From: an uncultured Bacteroidota bacterium
GTDB lineage: Bacteria; Bacteroidota; Bacteroidia; 2-12-FULL-35-15
Reading direction: 5' to 3'
Assembly: GCA_903847205.1 (NCBI GenBank)
Contig: CAINDA010000065.1
Span: 67,929 to 131,928 of the forward strand
Length of the DNA: 64,000 nucleotides
In this document: positions 1-10,505 of the stretch, in pieces
Position numbering within the stretch: the first letter of the stretch is position 1
How the letters are laid out: the number at the start of each line of letters is the position of its first letter
The notes under the pieces: model-generated
Told to the model about the DNA's origin: nothing
Database searches by the model: none
The model's input: the letters and a program-made list of their open reading frames with translations, nothing else
Program-made: the position numbers and the translations under genes

Positions 1-1
1 T

Positions 2-577
2 GAAGATGCTTTGTTATTGGTGTCAAAACGTGCAATTGCAATGCAGAAAGCCTGTGAATTGAATCCTTCAACAATGGCAGCTATTTTAAATTTAGATGAT
101 AAAATTACGGAAGCTATCTGTGCCGAGGTTTCTAAAACAGGCGAAATAGTTGTTACTGCAAATTATAACTGTCCAGGCCAATTGGTGATTTCCGGAACCA
201 TAAATGGGATAAACACTGCCTGCGAAAAATTAAAAGCTGCCGGTGCTAAACGCGCATTAATACTGCCTGTCGGAGGTGCTTTTCATTCCCCGATGATGGA
301 ACCTGCGCGCATTGAACTGCAGGATGCTATCAATGCAACAATTTTTAACCAGCCTATTTGTCCTGTATATCAAAATGTCACGGCAAATGCTGTTTCAAAC
401 CCATCCGAAATTCAAAAGAATTTAATTGCACAGCTTACCGCTCCTGTCAGATGGACACAAACTATTCAACAGATGATTGCTGACGGTGCTTCTTCATTTA
501 CAGAGCTTGGACCGGGAAAGGTACTTCAGGGCCTTGTGAAGAAAATAAATCCTGCAATGGAAGCGGCAAGTGTGTGA
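2..577 (+). CDS. fabD: ACP S-malonyltransferase (malonyl-CoA:ACP transacylase), 5'-truncated by window edge
   Basis: The frame is open from position 2 and reads EDALLLVSKRAIAMQKA... It contains the motifs GQLVISG and GAFHSPMM and the C-terminal TELGPGKVLQGL typical of FabD. The N-terminal active-site region lies outside the window. Confidence 0.8.
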   Translation, partial: EDALLLVSKRAIAMQKACELNPSTMAAILNLDDKITEAICAEVSKTGEIVVTANYNCPGQLVISGTINGINTACEKLKAAGAKRALILPVGGAFHSPMMEPARIELQDAINATIFNQPICPVYQNVTANAVSNPSEIQKNLIAQLTAPVRWTQTIQQMIADGASSFTELGPGKVLQGLVKKINPAMEAASV

Positions 578-603
578 ATGATTTGACAATTCTGTTTTAT
601 AAA

Positions 604-640
604 GAAGGATAAATTACAATTTATCCTTCTCTTTGCCGTT
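604..640 (+). terminator. Putative intrinsic terminator after fabD
   Basis: An 11-bp perfect stem GAAGGATAAAT / ATTTATCCTTC (604-614 / 619-629) with loop TACA is followed by a T-rich tract CTTTGCCGTTTT. Confidence 0.4.
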
Positions 641-1301
641 TTACTTAAAAAAGACAATGAAAAAAATATTTTTAGCTGCACTTATTATTTCATCTGCTTT
701 TAACTGCAGCGCCCAATTCCTTAACAGCATTGGGATCACAGTAGGCGTGTCGGCAGCAAATCAGAAATTTTATTTTTACGATCCTCAGGCAGTATCCAAG
801 AAAAATTATATTTTCGGATATAACGGGAGCATATTCGCTGAATTTTTCAGCGGCGATTATGCCCGCTGGGTTTCAGAAATACAATATGATCAAAAGGGCT
901 CATTAGATAAACAGCCCGAAAAAAATTACGGAAACAAACTTCAATACATTTCTTGGAATAATTATTTAAAACTGCGGTATGAAATGTTTAATATTATCCC
1001 ATACATTTTAGTCGGACCGAAACTGGAGTACGATTTATCACAGGGCACTTCATCGCCGGTAATAACTGCAAAATTCCGCCCGCTCCATGTAAGCGCTGCA
1101 TTCGGCGGAGGTATTGAATTTATAAGCTATTCCAATATCAAATTTTTTGTTGAGGGATTTTATAATCCTGATTTAGCAATGTATGCCTACAAACAAACAG
1201 CACTAGGGATACAAAATAAGAATATTGAACTCAGGGTCGGCTTGAAGTATCAGTTCGACAGTAGAAAAGAGACGTGCAATACCCCGACTTATGTGGAATA
1301 A
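633..1301 (+). CDS. Outer-membrane beta-barrel family protein (hypothetical)
   Basis: N-terminal signal peptide MKKIFLAALIISSAFNCSAQ. The 222-aa sequence has the alternating amphipathic pattern with aromatic/Gly residues typical of small OM beta-barrels. Confidence 0.45.
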   Translation: MPFYLKKTMKKIFLAALIISSAFNCSAQFLNSIGITVGVSAANQKFYFYDPQAVSKKNYIFGYNGSIFAEFFSGDYARWVSEIQYDQKGSLDKQPEKNYGNKLQYISWNNYLKLRYEMFNIIPYILVGPKLEYDLSQGTSSPVITAKFRPLHVSAAFGGGIEFISYSNIKFFVEGFYNPDLAMYAYKQTALGIQNKNIELRVGLKYQFDSRKETCNTPTYVE

Positions 1302-1305
1302 AAAA

Positions 1306-1332
1306 CTCTCAATTCAATTTATGAATTGAGAG
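1306..1332. terminator. Bidirectional hairpin between convergent genes
   Basis: An 11-bp perfect inverted repeat CTCTCAATTCA / TGAATTGAGAG with a 5-nt loop lies between the stop of 633..1301 (+) and the stop of 1357..1779 (-). There is an A-run upstream on +, which reads as a T-run on -. Confidence 0.5.
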
Positions 1333-1356
1333 TCTACCTTAATATTTCTCCTTAAT

Positions 1357-1779
1357 TTATTTTGACAAAACTGCAGTTACAGTATCATAATGAGTTGATG
1401 TTGTTCTCACGAAGTACGTCATATTAATTTGATTGGCGCTTGCCAGAACACCGTTATTGCAGGAAACACTAAAGCCTTGTATTGTCTGAGCTGGAATTGT
1501 GAAATTACTTCCGCTTGGTGTTCCGTAAATTTTTTTATTTAATCCCCATAAATAAGCAATGAGAATGTGTGTTGCATCCGATGAATCCGATATAGTGCAA
1601 TTATAGGTTGCCGCGCCATTATCCTTGCTGTTTTCAGATACATGCCAATTTCCCAGGAATTTATCACGAGGGTCTGAACTTGTTGGTGTAGCTGCAGGGT
1701 CATCCTGCTTGGCACATGAGGCTAAAAATAAAGTTGCGAATAAAATTGCTGCAATAGATAGTTCAGCTGCCTTTCTCAT
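1357..1779 (-). CDS. Hypothetical lipoprotein
   Basis: Signal peptide with a lipobox-like LASCAKQ. The 140-aa protein is Ser/Thr/Asn-rich with no recognisable catalytic motif. Confidence 0.45.
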   Translation of the reverse strand: MRKAAELSIAAILFATLFLASCAKQDDPAATPTSSDPRDKFLGNWHVSENSKDNGAATYNCTISDSSDATHILIAYLWGLNKKIYGTPSGSNFTIPAQTIQGFSVSCNNGVLASANQINMTYFVRTTSTHYDTVTAVLSK

Positions 1780-1818
1780 GGGATTAAAATTTTATGATTG
1801 ATTATAAAAAATGTTCGG

Positions 1819-3861
1819 TTAAAATAAATTATTCAATAAGCTGTCATCAACTAAATTTGGCAGTGTTACTTTTAAGTCAGGCTTGCGGGCCATTTCCCGC
1901 TTAATTGCAAATATCGCTCCATTATTGCGGGCCCAGCTTCTGCGGGCAATTCCGTTGTTCACATCCCAAAATAACATTGATTTTAATCTTCGGTCACTGT
2001 CAGCAGTACCGTCCAGCACCATACCAAAACCGCCGTTGATTACTTCGCCCCAGCCTACTCCTCCGCCGTTGTGCAGAGATACCCAGGTAGCTCCGCGGAA
2101 GCAGTCGCCTGCAAAATTCTGAACGGCCATATCGGCTGTATAGCTGGAACCATCATATATATTGGATGTTTCGCGGTAAGGAGAATCAGTGCCTGATACA
2201 TCATGGTGATCACGGCCAAGAACAATGGGAGCGGAAATTTTTCCTGCTTTAACCGCCTTGTTAAAAGCTTCTGCAATTTTTATCCGTCCTTCTGCATCAG
2301 CATATAAAATGCGGGCTTGCGAGCCTACTACCATTTTATTCTGCTGTGCTGCTTTTATCCAGCGGATGTTATCATCCAGCTGCTGCTTGATTTCATCGGG
2401 TGCAGTTTTACGTATTTTTTCAAGAACCTGAGCTGCAATTTTATCTGCGGCTTCCAGATCCTTCGGGTCGCAGGAAGTGCATACCCAGCGAAAAGGGCCG
2501 AAGCCGTAGTCAAAACACATAGGGCCAAGAATGTCTTGTACGTAGGATGGGTACTTGTATGTATTAGACCTGACAGGTTTCGAAAACCTGTCAGGTCTTT
2601 CCTCGGCAAAAATAGCAGCATTAGCTCTGCCCGCTTCTAACAGAAATGCATTACCATAATCAAAGAAATACATTCCTTTTTTAGTAAGCTGATTTATGGC
2701 ATTAACATGGCGCTGCAAAGTTTTCTGAACTTCTATTTTAAATTGTTCAGGATTTTCTGCCATCATTTTATTCGCATCTTCAAGCGAAATCCCCGCTGGA
2801 TAATAGCCTCCAGACCATGGATTGTGCAGTGATGTCTGGTCGGAACCTAAATCTATTTTTACATTTTCAGCAGCAAGTTTTTCCCAGAGGTCAACCACAT
2901 TGCCATGATAAGCCAATGATACAACCTCTTTTGAGAGGCGGGCTTTTTCAATCCGTACAATTAATTTATCCAGATTGTTATATATTTCATCCACCCAGCC
3001 CTGCGAATGGCGTATTTTAATTGCTTTAAGATTCACTTCTGCAATTACTCCTACAGCACCAGCGATAACTGCAGCCTTTGGCTGAGCGCCGCTCATCCCT
3101 CCCAAACCTGCACTCACAAATACTTTCCCGGCTAAGCCTTCTTTACCGCCTCCTGCAAATTTTCTGCCCGCATTCAGCAGCGTAATGGTTGTACCGTGAA
3201 CAATGCCCTGCGGACCGATGTACATAAATGAACCTGCGGTCATCTGCCCGTACTGCGTTACTCCGAGCGCATTAAATTTTTCTAAATCATCCGGTTTGCT
3301 GTAATTCGGTATCATCATTCCGTTTGTAATAACAACCCGGGGCGCATCTTTATGCGATGGAAATAAACCCATAGGATGCCCGGAATATAAGGCCAGTGTC
3401 TGTTCATCCGTCATCTCGGCCAGATATTTCATCGTTAATAAATACTGAGCCCAGTTCTGGAAAACTGAGCCGTTGCCGCCATATGTAATTAACTCATGAG
3501 GGTGCTGTGCTACTGCATTATCTAAATTATTCTGCAGCATCAGCATTATTGCTGCCGCCTGTTTCGACCGGTGCGGATAATCATTGATGGGTCGGGAATG
3601 AATGGCATAATCTGGTCGGAAGCGGTACATGTATATACGGCCGAATTTTTTTAATTCAGCTGCAAATTCTTTTGCCAAAACAACGTGATGTTTTTTATCG
3701 AAATAACGAAGCGCATTGCGGACAGCCAATTTTTTTTCCTCCGTTTTTAAAATATCTTTTCGCTTGGGTGCATGATTTAATACCGGGTCAAATGGCTTTA
3801 CAGGCGGTAATTCAGAAGGAATGCCTTTTAAAATTTGTTTTTTGAATTCTTTGTTCGTCAT
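1819..3861 (-). CDS. hutU: Urocanate hydratase (urocanase), long 680-aa form
   Basis: Conserved urocanase blocks are present: GGMSGAQPKA (NAD-binding), MCFDYGFGPFRWV, YIGPQGIVHGT and SLHNGGGVGWGEV. The six internal ORFs on both strands are antisense or out-of-frame artefacts. Confidence 0.85.
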   Translation of the reverse strand: MTNKEFKKQILKGIPSELPPVKPFDPVLNHAPKRKDILKTEEKKLAVRNALRYFDKKHHVVLAKEFAAELKKFGRIYMYRFRPDYAIHSRPINDYPHRSKQAAAIMLMLQNNLDNAVAQHPHELITYGGNGSVFQNWAQYLLTMKYLAEMTDEQTLALYSGHPMGLFPSHKDAPRVVITNGMMIPNYSKPDDLEKFNALGVTQYGQMTAGSFMYIGPQGIVHGTTITLLNAGRKFAGGGKEGLAGKVFVSAGLGGMSGAQPKAAVIAGAVGVIAEVNLKAIKIRHSQGWVDEIYNNLDKLIVRIEKARLSKEVVSLAYHGNVVDLWEKLAAENVKIDLGSDQTSLHNPWSGGYYPAGISLEDANKMMAENPEQFKIEVQKTLQRHVNAINQLTKKGMYFFDYGNAFLLEAGRANAAIFAEERPDRFSKPVRSNTYKYPSYVQDILGPMCFDYGFGPFRWVCTSCDPKDLEAADKIAAQVLEKIRKTAPDEIKQQLDDNIRWIKAAQQNKMVVGSQARILYADAEGRIKIAEAFNKAVKAGKISAPIVLGRDHHDVSGTDSPYRETSNIYDGSSYTADMAVQNFAGDCFRGATWVSLHNGGGVGWGEVINGGFGMVLDGTADSDRRLKSMLFWDVNNGIARRSWARNNGAIFAIKREMARKPDLKVTLPNLVDDSLLNNLF
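2566..2598. repeat. 33-bp palindromic element, copy A (in-frame inside hutU)
   Basis: AGACCTGACAGG-TTTCGAAAA-CCTGTCAGGTCT has 12-bp perfect inverted arms and a 9-nt spacer. It matches 30 of 33 positions of the copy at 31921-31953. On the hutU strand it encodes RPDRFSKPVRS in frame. Confidence 0.6.
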
Positions 3862-4012
3862 TTAATGGTTTATTAGTCGTTGAACATTGCTGGTAATCTT
3901 AATTTTGAAAATAGCGGAAGAATGCACCTGAAATTAAAAGCATCCCTCTCCCTGCAATGACTGAAAAATCCAGTGATTATTTTATTCCCGGTACTACATT
4001 GGTAAATCATTT

Positions 4013-4092
4013 CATCAGTACATAATCACATCGGCACATAAGTATATCAGTACATCACCACATCACCACATCAGCACATCCTCACATCATTT
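4013..4092. repeat. Degenerate octamer tandem repeat (CATCAGCA-like) x ~10
   Basis: The tract reads catcagta cataatca catcggca cataagta tatcagta catcacca catcacca catcagca catcctca catcattt. It lies between the hutU start and the 3' end of the small Cys-rich ORF. Confidence 0.4.
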
Positions 4093-4266
4093 TTTCTTAT
4101 CAATTCGCCCTTTAACTTTATTGAACCAATAAGGACAATGTTTGCAGCCATTCTGGCAGCAGTAACCCCGTTTGAGAAGATATTTTTCTGTAAATACAAT
4201 ATAGCCTTCCGGACTATAATAAAAATCGTCAGGCTCTAAATCTTTCCTTTGTGAAAATCCTTCCAT
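4087..4266 (-). CDS. Small cysteine-rich conserved hypothetical protein (59 aa, missed by the 60-aa ORF cutoff)
   Basis: Hand translation gives MEGFSQRKDLEPDDFYYSPEGYIVFTEKYLLKRGYCCQNGCKHCPYWFNKVKGRIDKKK with a CCxxGCxHC metal-binding-like motif. From memory it resembles a short DUF-type family common in Bacteroidota. Confidence 0.45.
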   Translation of the reverse strand: MEGFSQRKDLEPDDFYYSPEGYIVFTEKYLLKRGYCCQNGCKHCPYWFNKVKGRIDKKK

Positions 4267-4295
4267 TGGCTTGCAAAATTAAGTAATTTTACTGA

Positions 4296-5246
4296 ATGCC
4301 ATTTGAATCCGAAATTATTCCGCTGCAGGCTGTAAATGATGCTGTAACAAAGGCCCACGGCATTCGTTTGTTTGTGCTTCGTACGGATTTAAATCATCCC
4401 GATTTCAGCGGCAACAAGCTTTTTAAACTTAAATACAATCTGCTTGAAGCCCAAAAGCTGGGAAAAAAAACACTTCTTACTTTCGGCGGTGCATTTTCAA
4501 ATCACATTGCAGCAAGTGCCGCTGCAGGGAAAAAATATGGATTTAAAACCATTGGAATTATCCGGGGAGAAGAATACCCAGAGTTAAATCCAACACTGCA
4601 GTTTGCTAAACGCTGCAGGATGCGTCTGCATTATGTTTCACGTTCTCTATACCGCAATAAAACTGAGCTTTACGAATATGTCGAGCAGCAGTTTTCTGCG
4701 GAAAATTATTATCTGATTCCGGAAGGCGGTTCAAATGAGTTTGGTGTAACAGGCTGTAAAGAAATTACTGAACACATCAATATGGATTTTGATTATGTGT
4801 GCACCCCTTGCGGTACAGGCGCTACAATGGCCGGTATAGTTATGTCATTGAAGCAAAATCAAAATGCTGTCGGGTTCCAGATTTTAAAGGCCAAAGGTTA
4901 TATTCAAAAAGAAGTATCTCAATGGATAAATAAATTTGGTGAAAGCAGTGCAGCAGATTTAGATGATTCAGAAATGTTTTCTCCGGCAGGCAATTGGAAC
5001 ATCAATGAAAATTACCATTTCGGAGGATATGCAAAAGTAAACAAGGAGCTGGCAGTATTCATTAAGCAGTTTGAACTTGAGAACAATATACCGCTTGATT
5101 TCATATACACAGGAAAAATGATGTTCGGCATTTATGACTTAATAGGGAAAGGCTTTTTTAAAAAAGGTCGGACAATCATAGCAATCCATACAGGCGGTCT
5201 GCAGGGTAATTCAGGGTTTAGTTTTCGCAGCCTTATTCATGAATGA
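4296..5246 (+). CDS. PLP-dependent 1-aminocyclopropane-1-carboxylate deaminase / D-cysteine desulfhydrase family enzyme
   Basis: SGNKLFKLKYNL carries the PLP-lysine motif of the ACC-deaminase family (GGNKxRKLE-like). Downstream are GGAFSNHIAASAAAG and HTGGLQG. Length is 316 aa. Confidence 0.7.
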   Translation: MPFESEIIPLQAVNDAVTKAHGIRLFVLRTDLNHPDFSGNKLFKLKYNLLEAQKLGKKTLLTFGGAFSNHIAASAAAGKKYGFKTIGIIRGEEYPELNPTLQFAKRCRMRLHYVSRSLYRNKTELYEYVEQQFSAENYYLIPEGGSNEFGVTGCKEITEHINMDFDYVCTPCGTGATMAGIVMSLKQNQNAVGFQILKAKGYIQKEVSQWINKFGESSAADLDDSEMFSPAGNWNINENYHFGGYAKVNKELAVFIKQFELENNIPLDFIYTGKMMFGIYDLIGKGFFKKGRTIIAIHTGGLQGNSGFSFRSLIHE

Positions 5247-5304
5247 TTACCAAATAGTGAGGTGCCGCATTATTCATTTCGTTTTTTAGTATTACTTTTG
5301 ATTT

Positions 5305-5829
5305 ATGTCAAGATACATTAAAATCGCTTTATTTGTCTCAATTTTTAGTCTCTCATCTTATAGCGGGAATAATGAGCCTGTTACTGCAGCCCAGCGGTAC
5401 GTGCGCAATTTTAAAAACGATGCGGTAAAGGAAATGCAGCTGTACAACATTCCGGCAAGTATCATATTGGCGCAGGGAATGCTCGAAAGCGGTTACGGAA
5501 CAAGTGATTTAGCTGTTTATGCAAATAATCATTTCGGTATCAAATGCCATGACGAATGGGAGGGGCCTATCTTTATTAAAACTGACGATCAAAATAATGA
5601 GTGCTTCAGAAAATATACTTCTGTTCTTGATTCTTACACCGATCACTCTTTATTTTTAAAATCCCGTGCACGTTATGCTGAGTTGTTCGAGCTCAATCAT
5701 ACTGATTATAAAGGATGGGCAAAAGGCTTGAAAGAGGCCGGCTATGCTACAGATCCAAAATATGTGCAGCACCTGCTGGAAATAATTGAAACGTATCAAT
5801 TATTTAAATATGATCTTTTTCCTCAATAG
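5305..5829 (+). CDS. Glucosaminidase-domain protein (peptidoglycan N-acetylglucosaminidase, FlgJ-like)
   Basis: ASIILAQGMLESGYGTSDLAVYANNHFGIKC is the mannosyl-glycoprotein endo-beta-N-acetylglucosaminidase signature. The N-terminus is hydrophobic. Confidence 0.65.
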   Translation: MSRYIKIALFVSIFSLSSYSGNNEPVTAAQRYVRNFKNDAVKEMQLYNIPASIILAQGMLESGYGTSDLAVYANNHFGIKCHDEWEGPIFIKTDDQNNECFRKYTSVLDSYTDHSLFLKSRARYAELFELNHTDYKGWAKGLKEAGYATDPKYVQHLLEIIETYQLFKYDLFPQ

Positions 5830-5847
5830 TCAAAGAAGGCTGCTGTC

Positions 5848-7185
5848 TCAATGAAAAAACATATATGAAATAAAAATAGCGGCAATGACACCAGCCAGAT
5901 CCGCTATTAAACCTGCAGTAATTGCATACCTAGTTTTCTTTATCCCTACGGAGCCGAAATACAATGCAACAATGTAAAAAGTGGTATCTGCAGAACCCTG
6001 AAACACGCATGACAAGTGGCCTACAAACGAATTAGGTCCGTAAACATCCATTGCATTAATCATCATTCCCCTGGAACCGCTGCCGCTTAAGGGTTTCATC
6101 AATGCAGTCGGCAGAGCGCCGACAAAATCAGTATTGAAGCCTAAGAATCCAACTATCCATCCGATGCCGTTAACAAAATAATCCATTGCGCCGGAAGCCC
6201 TGAAAACAGCTATCCCCACTAACATTGCGACGAGATATGGAATTATTTTAATTGTTGTTTCAAATCCGGTTTTTGCTCCTTCAATAAAAGAATCATAAAC
6301 ATTTACTTTTTTGCGGACCGCCCCTATGATAAAAGCTGTAATAATTGAAAACAAAATTACGTTGGCGCTTACTTTTGAAATTACCGCAATCTGCTCATGC
6401 CGCAATGTGCTGAAGTACCAGATAAGACAGCCGACTAAAGCGCTTATACCCAATATCCATGTTAGGACAACACGGTTAAATAAATTTATTTTCTGCCAGA
6501 AGGCAACAGTTAAAAGCCCTATTAACGTTGAGAAATAAGTGGCAAGTAAAATCGGAATAAAAACATCAGAAGGGTCCGTTGCATGCTGTATGGCTCTCTG
6601 GGCAATGATTGTAATCGGTATCAGCGTAAAGCCGGAAGTGTTAAGAACCAAAAACATAATCTGAGCATTGGAGGCTGTTTCTTTATCAGGATTTAATTCC
6701 TGCATACTGCTCATTGCCTTTAATCCAATAGGTGTTGCGGCATTTCCAAGTCCTAACATATTGGCAGAAAAATTCATTAATATCTGTCCGTTGGCGGGAT
6801 GATTTTTGGGGATCCCAGGAAAGAGCCTGCTGAAAAACGGACCTACTATCCGTGATAAAAAATTTATTGCGCCGGCCTTTTCGCCGATGTTCATAAGCCC
6901 AAGCCACAGAGTCATCACGCCGGTCAGAGGCAGTGAAATATCCATCACCGCCATTTTTGATGAATCAAATGTGGCATCAATGATAGTTTTAAAAACTTCG
7001 GTATCGCCGGTAACCATCAGCTTTATAAGAGCGACGGCAAAGGCAATAATAAAAAATGCAATCCAGATATAATTCAGCACTTTGTTTAATTTTATTTCAG
7101 CCCGTAAAAAAAATAGCTTAATTAATAAACTGTTTAAATTATCAGCGAGCCCTTTTTTAATTGGCAGGCTTTGCAATTTTAACAA
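5848..7185 (-). CDS. Nucleoside-recognition (Gate) domain membrane protein, SpmA/SpmB-like fusion
   Basis: The 445-aa polytopic membrane protein has two glycine-rich Gate-like modules (GLMNIGEKAG... and GSGSRGMMINAMD...). Three overlapping short ORFs in this region are spurious. Confidence 0.5.
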   Translation of the reverse strand: MLKLQSLPIKKGLADNLNSLLIKLFFLRAEIKLNKVLNYIWIAFFIIAFAVALIKLMVTGDTEVFKTIIDATFDSSKMAVMDISLPLTGVMTLWLGLMNIGEKAGAINFLSRIVGPFFSRLFPGIPKNHPANGQILMNFSANMLGLGNAATPIGLKAMSSMQELNPDKETASNAQIMFLVLNTSGFTLIPITIIAQRAIQHATDPSDVFIPILLATYFSTLIGLLTVAFWQKINLFNRVVLTWILGISALVGCLIWYFSTLRHEQIAVISKVSANVILFSIITAFIIGAVRKKVNVYDSFIEGAKTGFETTIKIIPYLVAMLVGIAVFRASGAMDYFVNGIGWIVGFLGFNTDFVGALPTALMKPLSGSGSRGMMINAMDVYGPNSFVGHLSCVFQGSADTTFYIVALYFGSVGIKKTRYAITAGLIADLAGVIAAIFISYMFFH

Positions 7186-7325
7186 ACAGACTATTTTGGC
7201 GAATGTAACGAATTAATAATTTTCGGAATAATTTTATCCTATTAAATATTAACAAAATGCGTAGAAAATATTATTAAAAAGCGCTTTTTCAATTCGGTTT
7301 TATTTCTACTTTTGAATCGTCTTAA

Positions 7326-8654
<1,329 letters not shown>

Positions 8655-8881
8655 ATCACGTGTTTACTGGAGTGTTCCCTTATTGTTAAACCCTTTGGAT
8701 GTAGTAGTGTTCAGATTTGATTTCTAAATTAAATTGTAATTTTAAATTCTCTTCAGCCATTATTAAAATAGAACCAATATAAATAGAATTTCCACATGCA
8801 ATTTTTTGTCAGATTGTTTTTTAGTTTGATAAAAACCCTTTACCTTGCGGGAAAATAGAACAAAATTAATTCCTATACAAA

Positions 8882-10216
8882 ATGGATACATTAAAAGATA
8901 AATTTGCAGCAAAAGCAGGCCCGATGAACGCGGCTGTAAAAGCACTGATCAAAGAAAAAGGTGATTTTAAATTAGGTGAATATACCGTAGCTCAGGTATA
9001 TCAAGGAATGAAGAGCATGATTGGTATGGTTACTGAAACATCAAAGCTTGATCCTGAAGAAGGAATCCGTTTTAGAGGTTTCTCAATACCCGAATTGCGT
9101 GAAAAACTTCCAAAGGCACCTGGCGGTACTGAACCGTTGCCGGAAGGTATTTTTTATCTGATGCTTCTGGGTGAACTTCCTACTCAGGAAGAGGTATTAA
9201 ATTTAGGCAATACCTGGGCCAGAAGAGCAATTGTTCCAAAACATGTATTTGATGTATTGGATGAATTGCCTGCTTCTACTCATCCAATGACTCAGTTTGT
9301 AATTGCCATTATGTCTATGCAGACAGAATCATTATTTGCAGCAGCCTACAAAAAGGGAATCAATAAAAAAGATTATTGGGATTATGTTTATGAAGATTCA
9401 ATGAATCTTATCGCACGTTTACCGCGTGTTGCGGCTTATATCTACCGCAGAAAATATAAAAACGGCGTTCACATTGAACCGGATCCAAAATTAGACTGGG
9501 CTGCAAATCTTGCACACATGCTGGGTTACGAAGAGTTTGATATGAAACGTTTGATGCGTTTGTATATGACAATTCACGTAGATCATGAAGGAGGCAACGT
9601 TTCAGCACACGCTACACATCTTGTGGGCTCTGCATTGAGCGACCCTTATTTTGCTTTTGCTGCAGGTATGACAGGATTGGCAGGCCCTTTGCATGGATTA
9701 GCAAATCAGGAAGTATTGAGCTGGATTATTGAATTACGCAATGAGTTAGGCGGCGGACTTCCTACTGAAAAACAGATTGAAGATTATATTAAAAAAACAC
9801 TTGCCGATGGCAAAGTTGTTCCAGGATACGGACACGCGGTGCTTCGTAAAACAGATCCGCGCTTTACTGCTCAGCAGGATTTTTACAACCGTTATATCAA
9901 GCCAAAAGGCAAGGATGATCTTTGCGAAATAGTGCAAATGGTTTATAAAGTTGCTCCGCCGATTCTTGAAAATACAGGGAAAATTAAAAATCCATGGCCG
10001 AATGTAGATGCTCATTCAGGTGTATTATTGAATCATTTCGGTATGGTAGAACACGATTTTTATACAGTATTATTCGGTGTGTCCCGTTCATTAGGGGTGC
10101 TTGCCTCATTAATCTGGGACAGAGCTCTCGGTCATCCGATTGAACGTCCGGGTTCAATTACCACAGAGGGTATAAAAAAGAAAATTGCTATTGCAGAAAC
10201 AAAAGCAAAAATCTAA
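8882..10216 (+). CDS. gltA: Citrate synthase (eukaryote-like type common in Bacteroidota)
   Basis: VVPGYGHAVLRKTDPR contains the catalytic His. The 444-aa protein also has HEGGNVSAHATHLVGSALSDPY and GLAGPLHGLANQEV. Confidence 0.9.
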   Translation: MDTLKDKFAAKAGPMNAAVKALIKEKGDFKLGEYTVAQVYQGMKSMIGMVTETSKLDPEEGIRFRGFSIPELREKLPKAPGGTEPLPEGIFYLMLLGELPTQEEVLNLGNTWARRAIVPKHVFDVLDELPASTHPMTQFVIAIMSMQTESLFAAAYKKGINKKDYWDYVYEDSMNLIARLPRVAAYIYRRKYKNGVHIEPDPKLDWAANLAHMLGYEEFDMKRLMRLYMTIHVDHEGGNVSAHATHLVGSALSDPYFAFAAGMTGLAGPLHGLANQEVLSWIIELRNELGGGLPTEKQIEDYIKKTLADGKVVPGYGHAVLRKTDPRFTAQQDFYNRYIKPKGKDDLCEIVQMVYKVAPPILENTGKIKNPWPNVDAHSGVLLNHFGMVEHDFYTVLFGVSRSLGVLASLIWDRALGHPIERPGSITTEGIKKKIAIAETKAKI

Positions 10217-10224
10217 AACAAAAT

Positions 10225-10258
10225 AAGGCTTCGAAATTATTTCGGAGCCTTTCTTTTT
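10225..10258 (+). terminator. Intrinsic terminator after gltA
   Basis: Stem AAGGCTTCG / CGGAGCCTT (one G-U wobble) with loop AAATTATTT is followed by TCTTTTTAT. Confidence 0.55.
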
Positions 10259-10505
10259 ATCTGCTGTTTTTTAGAAATATCGTTAAATTTTCATTGTTAG
10301 TTTAATGCTTCCTTTTGGAAATCATTACCATTTTGCTTATTTTTATTCGATTGTTAAATTTATTTATAATTTGTTGTATAAATAATTTTAGTAAGTTTAC
10401 TTTTATTTGAAAAAAAAGAGATTGATTTTTATGGAATTAACCCGGAAATACATATAAATCCTATTAACAGCCTTGACGTTTTTTTAAGGCATTAAAAAAA
10501 ATAGT

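Noticed and set aside
1883-3020. Six short ORFs on both strands (1883..2122, 2055..2276, 2225..2431, 2317..2640, 2355..2621, 2817..3020)
   Set aside because: All lie inside the well-supported hutU CDS. They are antisense or out of frame. Two are extended by the palindromic element at 2566-2598.
6311-7072. ORFs 6311..6538, 6686..6907, 6806..7072
   Set aside because: They overlap the 445-aa Gate-domain membrane protein gene in other frames and have no recognisable motifs.
8763-10015. Minus-strand ORFs 8763..8945, 9408..9608, 9746..10015
   Set aside because: Antisense to gltA or its start region. Low complexity.
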